Virus record (IMG/VR): IMGVR_UViG_3300025617_000018
Location: 287-64,286 of that record
DNA length: 64,000 bases
Direction: 5' to 3' (one strand)
DNA from: a virus
Taxonomy: Duplodnaviria > Caudoviricetes
In this document: positions 58,930 to 64,000 of the stretch, one piece after another
How positions within the stretch are numbered: the first letter of the stretch is position 1
How the letters are laid out: each line of letters opens with the position of its first letter
Translations under genes and position numbers: made by a program
Notes under the pieces: model-generated
The model's database searches: none
Seen by the model: only the letters and a program-made list of their open reading frames with translations
What the model was told of the DNA's origin: nothing

Positions 58930-59446
58930 CTTCTGGCTCCCAATACTCACACTCACACACATAACGATTTTGTGTAAGACTTTCGTTGCGAAGGAATCCG
59001 TGTGGTGCATCTGGATGTGTTTTACAAAGCACTTCTTCTTCGTAATCAATACCTTCCAGTTTGCTACTTGCTTTGAACATTTCCATTTTTACAGCATCGT
59101 AGAGTTCATCGTGGATCTGTTTCTTTTTTGTTCGCAGTCGTTCTTCTTCGATTGCCGCAAACCACTCGTTGATATCGTCTTTCATTTCACCACAAACACT
59201 GGGATCTTCCAACGCCGCACTCAACCACTTGCCTACTTTTTCGTCAGCGATTTCTTTGTTAGTGTAGTGTGGTAATTCTTGCGACTGAATATCCTCTAAG
59301 TGTTTGTGTATCGCATTGCGAGCAGTTAGAAGACGATTACATTGACCTTCGATGTGTTTTTGATAACCTTTGTTGTTGTATCTAAGATCCTCAACTGCGT
59401 CATACAATTCTTCCATTGCGATTTCTAATGCTTGTTCTAATGTCAT
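58916..59446 (-). CDS. Hypothetical protein with C-terminal Cys/His motif
   Basis: CKTHPDAPHGF...YVCECE. Confidence 0.55.
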   Translation of the reverse strand: MTLEQALEIAMEELYDAVEDLRYNNKGYQKHIEGQCNRLLTARNAIHKHLEDIQSQELPHYTNKEIADEKVGKWLSAALEDPSVCGEMKDDINEWFAAIEEERLRTKKKQIHDELYDAVKMEMFKASSKLEGIDYEEEVLCKTHPDAPHGFLRNESLTQNRYVCECEYWEPEDEDS

Positions 59447-59817
59447 ACTCTACCCCTACCGCAATCCATCTTGTGAATATGCTTTTTATGTTTACGCAGG
59501 TCAGTGATCAATCCACACTCAAGACAGGTATACCAATACTCACTTGCCCATCGAATCTTTTTACCGTAGTGTTCTTCAAACCGTTCTATAAGTGTATCAT
59601 ACGGCAGTAGTTCTTCTGTTGTCAAGTCCCAAAGATAATCACTCAACGCATTCCAATCTTCGGTTCGCATTGGACGCACACTGTATTCGTGCCAACCATT
59701 ATACCCATGTTTAGTATCATCTCTAATATCAATGCGACCCGCACTCCAACCTTCACCATGTTCTTCAATCCACTTCTGGTTGATTGGACCCATCCAGTTG
59801 GTGCTATAGGTTATCAC
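59443..59817 (-). CDS. Hypothetical protein with C-terminal CxxC motif
   Basis: 124-aa coupled ORF. Confidence 0.55.
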   Translation of the reverse strand: MITYSTNWMGPINQKWIEEHGEGWSAGRIDIRDDTKHGYNGWHEYSVRPMRTEDWNALSDYLWDLTTEELLPYDTLIERFEEHYGKKIRWASEYWYTCLECGLITDLRKHKKHIHKMDCGRGRV

Positions 59818-60017
59818 GGTTTGAATTCTCCAAAAACATCTGGTGCTTGTTCTTCAGCTAGGTCCATGTAGTAGGTGCTAGGATAATGTTTCAAACAACG
59901 ATACGCCTGTTCTCGAATATACTTTGGAACTCGTGGAGTCTTACTAGGATCCATCAAATCTTTTAAAAACTGTTCTGTGTTAAGAACTGCGTGTTTGCGT
60001 TCAATAGGTAGTGTCAT
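59814..60017 (-). CDS. Small conserved phage protein
   Basis: MTLP.ER...TPRVP...LKHYP motif. Confidence 0.6.
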   Translation of the reverse strand: MTLPIERKHAVLNTEQFLKDLMDPSKTPRVPKYIREQAYRCLKHYPSTYYMDLAEEQAPDVFGEFKP

Positions 60018-60403
60018 TAGAACAACTCCTTCTCTGTTAATACTTTAAACTCATAGCCCATTTTGTTACAGTAGTCTTCTGCAGAACTCCACTTGGCTCG
60101 ATTCTTTTTATATTTACGCTGGAAGTGTGGTTTGATCTCTACAACAATGGTTCTGCCGTCGTAGGTCTTTACAACAAAGTCTGGGTAGTAGTTGTGCCAC
60201 TTATCATCGTCTTCGAAGTAATAAGGAATGTGTAGTTCTTCCGAACTCCACTGTACGATCTTGTCACTGCGGTCACAGTACAACATAAAACGTCTTTCCC
60301 ACATACTTCTGTAGGTGATGCGATTTATATTGCCTGCATACTTTGCAGGATATTGCGGCTTGTACTTGCCGCGGATTGCTGTTAATGCATTTGACTTTTT
60401 CAT
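60017..60403 (-). CDS. Head-completion nuclease-like protein (T4 gp4-like, PD-(D/E)XK)
   Basis: KYAG...YRSMWE...WSSEE...YYPDF...EIKP...KW..A. Confidence 0.75.
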   Translation of the reverse strand: MKKSNALTAIRGKYKPQYPAKYAGNINRITYRSMWERRFMLYCDRSDKIVQWSSEELHIPYYFEDDDKWHNYYPDFVVKTYDGRTIVVEIKPHFQRKYKKNRAKWSSAEDYCNKMGYEFKVLTEKELF

Positions 60404-60444
60404 ACTAACAGTATACTATATTTTTATACCGTGTCAACCGAAAA

Positions 60445-60528
60445 TGGAGTGAGCGACAGGACTTGAACCTGCATAGTCTTACGACACGGATTTGCAATCC
60501 GTTGCATAACCATTTCTGCCACGCTCAC
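60445..60528 (-). tRNA. tRNA-Cys(GCA) with extended variable arm
   Basis: Acceptor GTGAGCG/CGCTCAC, U73, CCA; anticodon arm ACGGA-TTGCAAA-TCCGT; V region GTC-GTAA-GAC-TAT. Confidence 0.9.
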
Positions 60529-60532
60529 ATAT

Positions 60533-60616
60533 TGGCACAGGGTGAGGGATTCGAACCCCCTGACTCTCGTCCTGGTTTTGGAGACCAGTGTGACACTCCA
60601 ACTTCACCGACCCTGC
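60533..60616 (-). tRNA. tRNA-Trp(CCA) with extended variable arm
   Basis: Acceptor GCAGGGT/ACCCTGT, G73, CCA; anticodon arm CTGGT-CTCCAAA-ACCAG; V region GAC-GAGA-GTC-A. Confidence 0.88.
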
Positions 60617-60627
60617 ATTGTCTTTAT

Positions 60628-60656
60628 ATAGTAAGTTCTTTTTTGAATGTTGTCAA
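60628..60656 (-). promoter_or_regulatory. Sigma70-type promoter for tRNA-Trp/tRNA-Cys
   Basis: TTGACA-17-TACTAT. Confidence 0.65.
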
Positions 60657-60663
60657 CCAGAAA

Positions 60664-60738
60664 TGGAGCGGCGAAGGAGAATCGAACTCCTATCCACAGG
60701 GTGGAAGCCTGTTATAATAGCCATTATACGACCGCCGC
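60664..60738 (-). tRNA. tRNA-Gly(TCC)
   Basis: Anticodon arm ACAGG-CTTCCAC-CCTGT; U73; CCA end. Confidence 0.92.
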
Positions 60739-60944
60739 TAAATTGCTATGCCTTCTAACAAGTTCCAACCGCCTGTAATACCGTGATCATTACCAGTCTT
60801 GATACAAACAGCATATGATCCAGTTTTATACTTACGGTTATAAGTTTCTAGGTACTTGTTACGCACGGCATAAGTGTAGTTTATGTTATCTGCTTCTCGT
60901 CTAATAGTTTTTCCATTAGACATTTCTACTTCAACCCAATACAT
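60738..60944 (-). CDS. Small hypothetical protein
   Basis: 68-aa ORF coupled to the upstream stop. Confidence 0.5.
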   Translation of the reverse strand: MYWVEVEMSNGKTIRREADNINYTYAVRNKYLETYNRKYKTGSYAVCIKTGNDHGITGGWNLLEGIAI

Positions 60945-61255
60945 TATATACTTTCACCTGGTTCAAAAAACTGGAAGTTTTGACCACTTGTAAATACGCA
61001 AGTAGTATTGTTGTCTTTGTTGACAACTAAAAAACTCCAAGTTTGTGTTTCCGTATTTACCCAAAGTGAATTATATAAAGGGCTGCTATTGCCTTGTGAT
61101 ATGCCCTCACTCAAAAAAACTAGTTCTTCATTGTACTTATTTTTAACAATATTCAGTACGTCTTGTGTTGGACCACACTGCACAGGTATTTCGTATGTTT
61201 TTGCTTTTACTGGTAGGACAATGAGCAAGAACAGTGCCAATACAATATATTTCAT
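60944..61255 (-). CDS. Secreted/periplasmic small protein
   Basis: Signal peptide MKYIVLALFLLIVLPVKA; two Cys. Confidence 0.65.
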   Translation of the reverse strand: MKYIVLALFLLIVLPVKAKTYEIPVQCGPTQDVLNIVKNKYNEELVFLSEGISQGNSSPLYNSLWVNTETQTWSFLVVNKDNNTTCVFTSGQNFQFFEPGESI

Positions 61256-61261
61256 TTTAAT

Positions 61262-61328
61262 CTCCCGTCGCGGGAGCAGTTTCAAGACTTACTCGGGTCC
61301 TACCTTTCCTGGGCACCACTTGCTTGAT
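61262..61328 (-). promoter_or_regulatory. Structured 5' leader with SD-sequestering hairpin (cis-regulatory candidate)
   Basis: CTCCCG-CGA-CGGGAG covers the SD; competing GAGTAAGT/ACTGCTC helix whose loop CTTGA matches upstream TCAAG. Confidence 0.45.
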
Positions 61329-61358
61329 TATTTTAAAAGAGAAACAAGACTCTTTAAA

Positions 61359-61435
61359 TGGTGCCGTTGAAGGGAGTCGAACCCCCAACCTTCTGGACCT
61401 AAACCAGACGCCTCTGCCAATTGGGCCACAACGGC
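61359..61435 (-). tRNA. tRNA-Leu(TAG) with short variable loop
   Basis: Acceptor GCCGTTG/CAACGGC, A73, CCA; anticodon arm TCTGG-TTTAGGT-CCAGA; V loop AGGTT (5 nt). Confidence 0.88.
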
Positions 61436-61452
61436 ATATATTGTATTTATAC

Positions 61453-61527
61453 TGGTGCTCACGGAGAGAATCGAACTCCCAATCTACGCATTACAAGTGC
61501 GTTGCCTTACCGTTGGGCCACGTGAGC
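61453..61527 (-). tRNA. tRNA-Thr(TGT)
   Basis: Anticodon arm ACGCA-CTTGTAA-TGCGT; CCA end. Confidence 0.92.
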
Positions 61528-61535
61528 ATACTATT

Positions 61536-61625
61536 TGGCGGAGATAGTAGGATTCGAACCTACGGAACGATTTCTCGTTCGACAAGTTAGCAACCTGCTG
61601 CTTTAAGCCACTCAGCCATATCTCC
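61536..61625 (-). tRNA. tRNA-Ser(GCT)
   Basis: GCAGG-TTGCTAA-CTTGT; long V arm; G73; CCA. Confidence 0.92.
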
Positions 61626-61677
61626 TTGTTCGGGACTGTCTTTCTGCTAGGCAAGGCGCAGTCATTCCGAATAAAAG

Positions 61678-61832
61678 TGGAGTGGGTGGAATAGGGTAAC
61701 CACCAAGGAAGTACTATCCGAAGTACCTTTCTTCACTAGACTTCCTACGTCCTGCACCTCGCTAAAGGACCGGCGCTACCGGCTTTCGGACTACCTTACC
61801 CCCCTTCGGCGAGAGGTATTCGGTCACACTCC
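61678..61832 (-). ncRNA. Unidentified structured RNA (~155 nt) ending in CCA
   Basis: GGAGTG/CACTCC closing stem, several internal helices, possible TCCGAA/TTCGGA pseudoknot; lies between tRNAs. Confidence 0.65.
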
Positions 61833-61856
61833 TTTTAGAGTCCGTCGACTCTAAAA
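61833..61856. other. Perfect 10-bp hairpin between tRNA-Asn and the ncRNA
   Basis: TTTTAGAGTC-CGTC-GACTCTAAAA. Confidence 0.7.
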
Positions 61857-61857
61857 C

Positions 61858-61938
61858 TGGCTCCCAAGGTTGGATTCGAACCAACATTGCTTTCGCACGG
61901 ATTAACAGTCCGCTGTATTACCTATCTACCACTTGGGA
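61858..61938 (-). tRNA. tRNA-Asn(GTT) with extended variable region
   Basis: Acceptor TCCCAAG/CTTGGGA (U1-A72), G73, CCA; GCGGA-CTGTTAA-TCCGT; V region GC-GAAA-GC-AAT. Confidence 0.9.
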
Positions 61939-61947
61939 ATAAAATTT

Positions 61948-62085
61948 ATTAAAAAGCACACTAGGTTTACTATCCTCTTGCTACCTATTGTTGCCCTGCT
62001 ATGCAGAACAGTTACTAGTATCATAGGCTCTCCGCTTTGGACAAGGTTCAGCTTGCGGCCTCACGAGCCTAGTATGCTTTTTAAT
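61948..62085 (-). ncRNA. Unidentified rod-like structured RNA (~138 nt)
   Basis: 18-bp closing stem ATTAAAAAGCATACTAGG/CCTAGTGTGCTTTTTAAT; internal helices; TAAGTA motif immediately upstream. Confidence 0.6.
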
Positions 62086-62089
62086 ATAC

Positions 62090-62680
62090 TTATTTCTGTC
62101 CTTCTACAACAATATTATATATTTCTTTCCAGTTGCGAACTCGTGTCACTCCACTGTATTCGCCCTGGTTGTGTTTGTGATCCATTAACAAGGATACCAA
62201 ACCTAAATCTCTTCCTACTAGTGCATTCTGTGGTTTGTCTTCGACCCAGTAGCAACCAGTATCTGCATACCATTCTAACACTTCGTCTTTGTCAGCACCT
62301 GTGTCTAGGTACACATATTTCTCAAATACACTATCTCCAAACATCTCACGCAGGTTCTTTGTGCGTAGGTGTTGCGAGTAGTCGTCGTTACTTAAACTTG
62401 TAATAGCATGGAACACATACCCGTGTTCACTGTGCAACTTCTTCACATAATGAATAGCATCTCGTAGTGGCGGAAGTTTACGAATCCAAGCACTTTCGTT
62501 GAACATACGAATAAGACGCATGCCTTCTACTTTTCCTAAACCATACTTGAGATCCATCAAGTATTCTGTTTCAAATCCTGGATTAACACTATAACCGTGT
62601 CGATTCATCCACTGTCCGAACGCATACTCCCAATCGAAGAGGACGCCGTCACAATCTACCAATATTGCCTTTTCTTTCAT
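62090..62680 (-). CDS. HAD-family 5'(3')-deoxyribonucleotidase-like phosphatase
   Basis: LVDCDGVL motif I, ITS motif II, K, VEDKPQN motif IV. Confidence 0.85.
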   Translation of the reverse strand: MKEKAILVDCDGVLFDWEYAFGQWMNRHGYSVNPGFETEYLMDLKYGLGKVEGMRLIRMFNESAWIRKLPPLRDAIHYVKKLHSEHGYVFHAITSLSNDDYSQHLRTKNLREMFGDSVFEKYVYLDTGADKDEVLEWYADTGCYWVEDKPQNALVGRDLGLVSLLMDHKHNQGEYSGVTRVRNWKEIYNIVVEGQK

Positions 62681-62710
62681 TAAGTGCCTTTCTTTATTGC
62701 CTATATTATT

Positions 62711-62739
62711 ATAGTACTATCTTATTCAGGTTTTGTCAA
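62711..62739 (-). promoter_or_regulatory. Sigma70-type promoter
   Basis: TTGACA-17-TACTAT. Confidence 0.65.
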
Positions 62740-62916
62740 GTACCAATAGTAATATTTTTTGCCTGTTTGTTCATCAACTGCTGGGAGAGCAATCTCGTCA
62801 GTTACTTCAGTTTTTTCAACACTCTCCCAGGTGTAACCCTGTTTAGTCTGTGTATCAACCATTTCAAAGAATTCCTTGTTTCCTTCAAAGAAAACAATAA
62901 GGAATAAAACCCACAT
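62722..62916 (-). CDS. Small hypothetical protein
   Basis: 64-aa ORF with hydrophobic N-terminus. Confidence 0.5.
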   Translation of the reverse strand: MWVLFLIVFFEGNKEFFEMVDTQTKQGYTWESVEKTEVTDEIALPAVDEQTGKKYYYWYLTKPE

Positions 62917-62918
62917 AC

Positions 62919-63359
62919 TTACCTTTTAAACCTTACAGTGAATTCTTGTCCACCGTCCCAGAATGTGATAGTTGAATGACTGTACACTCTTACCTGTTCT
63001 TCTTCGTAGCGTGTCTCACGCTGACATTGTGTGCGAACGCCGCCTTTAGCATCTGAATTTTGATTGCCAATAATGCCGCCTAGTACACCACCAATCTTTG
63101 CACCATCTTTGTGATCGATTTGATGTCCTACTACGCCGCCGATGATAGTACCGACAATAGTGTCTGCTGTACGATCACCACTTACAGCAACATCCTTACA
63201 CACTTCTACTGTGTAAGGTCTTTGCTTGATAACTGTTTTGTAATGATTTTCTGTTACGCCCATTACATTGTTTGATTCATCTGCAAATGCAAGTGCGCTG
63301 TAAAATCCTACACTACAACTTAAAACCACTGCGTGAAAAACTTTTTCTGCATATTTCAT
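62919..63359 (-). CDS. Glycine-zipper 2TM exported protein
   Basis: Signal peptide; GTIIGGVVGHQI...GAKIGGVLGGIIG. Confidence 0.8.
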   Translation of the reverse strand: MKYAEKVFHAVVLSCSVGFYSALAFADESNNVMGVTENHYKTVIKQRPYTVEVCKDVAVSGDRTADTIVGTIIGGVVGHQIDHKDGAKIGGVLGGIIGNQNSDAKGGVRTQCQRETRYEEEQVRVYSHSTITFWDGGQEFTVRFKR

Positions 63360-63706
63360 TGTGCTTCTACCTTTGTAACTCTGTCGTACTTAAACGATCG
63401 CCAACCCTTGGCATTTACGTCCCATACTGTAACCAGTCCTTGTACTCTAGGACTTTTACTGTTTTTAGGAAGACTTCCTTCAGGAATAATCTTTACACTT
63501 TTTGTGCAAGTCATTACCCGTTCATCTCCATCCAACTTATTAAAAGTTACTACTACTATACCTTCACTTAGAAGGTTTGTCAAGTCTTTTTCCGTTGGAA
63601 TCTTTTTCAGGTTTGCTACTGTCTCGCTTACCAAAGATTCTGTCCCATCCGTTTGCAAACTGTTTGTCATTGCTTCCTTTTCTTCTTCCATCACCTTTTC
63701 CACCAT
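63356..63706 (-). CDS. WYL-like SH3 domain protein (DUF2693-like)
   Basis: VTFNKLDGDERVMTCT...VWDVNAKGWRSF. Confidence 0.7.
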   Translation of the reverse strand: MVEKVMEEEKEAMTNSLQTDGTESLVSETVANLKKIPTEKDLTNLLSEGIVVVTFNKLDGDERVMTCTKSVKIIPEGSLPKNSKSPRVQGLVTVWDVNAKGWRSFKYDRVTKVEAQ

Positions 63707-63721
63707 GCCATTTATTTGACA

Positions 63722-64000
63722 TTATCTGCTCTCCGCAACCTTATCAGCAAAGCCGTTAGCAACTGCTTCTTCTGCACTCAAGAAAGTATCAAACTTCATT
63801 GTTTCAAATAGCTCGTCAAACTCTTTACCTTTGCTGTTGTGTTTAACATACAGTTCTGTAAGACGTTCATTTAAACGATTTGACTCGTCTAAATGACGTT
63901 TAGCATCTTCAAACTCTAGATTCTGTACGTGTACCGAACCCGATGTTCCACGAGTGCCTGAACTTACACGATGAATCATTGTGCGGCTTTCAGGTAACAC
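63722..64000 (-). CDS. clpP: ClpP protease, C-terminal part (runs off the window)
   Basis: SRTMIHR (catalytic His) and FDTFLSAEEAVANGFADKV. Confidence 0.85.
   Translation of the reverse strand: MLPESRTMIHRVSSGTRGTSGSVHVQNLEFEDAKRHLDESNRLNERLTELYVKHNSKGKEFDELFETMKFDTFLSAEEAVANGFADKVAESR

Noticed and set aside
60017-60403. TnsA-like nuclease as a Tn7 element
   Set aside because: No tnsB/C/D genes or terminal repeats; motifs fit the T4 gp4 head-completion family
61326-61860. HDV-like (theta) or hammerhead ribozymes at tRNA 3' ends
   Set aside because: The tRNAs encode CCA and their trailers are AT-rich or simple hairpins; no nested double pseudoknot or CUGANGA/GAAA core could be built by eye (cmsearch would be decisive)
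60445-61938. Extended-arm tRNAs as tRNA-Sec, selC* or allo-tRNAs, or as intron-containing tRNAs
   Set aside because: Acceptor and T stems are standard 7/5, anticodons read sense codons, and the insertions are short V-region hairpins rather than anticodon-loop introns
60463-62403. Plus-strand ORFs over the tRNA cluster
   Set aside because: They overlap tRNA and ncRNA genes or the HAD gene on the opposite strand
161-63759. Numerous plus-strand and short nested ORFs in the six-frame track
   Set aside because: They are antisense shadows of well-supported minus-strand genes, with no SD or recognisable motifs; only phoH and 49774-50061 were kept on plus
1-64000. Stop-codon reassignment or suppressor tRNA
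   Set aside because: Long genes are intact in code 11 and end at TAA, TAG and TGA; no tRNA has a CUA, UUA or UCA anticodon (the UAG anticodon reads CUA Leu)
1-64000. Bacterial chromosome origin suggested by clpA, dnaJ, glyA and fdxA
   Set aside because: These genes are interspersed with virion, lysis, gp44-like and gp4-like genes and T4-like late motifs; no ribosomal or other core operons

Overview
AT-rich, gene-dense segment of a large T4-like (myovirus/jumbo-type) phage genome, almost entirely on the minus strand and read in standard code 11. The host is probably Gram-negative, because spanins are present. From left to right it contains: putative head/internal proteins, ClpA and DnaJ; a lysis cassette (M15 endolysin, holin candidates, i/o-spanin); PhoH; a dTMP/one-carbon block (dCMP deaminase, GlyA, ThyX) with a DNA methylase, ferredoxins, clamp loader, MazG-like protein, GroES and a stand-alone DnaE fragment; about 30 kb of baseplate/tail-fibre genes; UvsE, a glycosyltransferase, QueD, DNA ligase, a phosphoesterase and a gp4-like nuclease; a cluster of 7 tRNAs with structured non-coding RNAs; and a partial ClpP. 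The most striking signals are in RNA: (i) a preQ1-I-like riboswitch candidate at the predicted transcription start of phage queD; (ii) tRNA-Cys, -Trp and -Asn with GNRA-capped extended variable arms, while tRNA-Leu(UAG) has a short one; (iii) unexplained structured RNAs in the tRNA cluster; (iv) promoter-in-hairpin translational switches and predicted leaderless mRNAs. All family assignments come from motif recognition by eye; no database searches were run.
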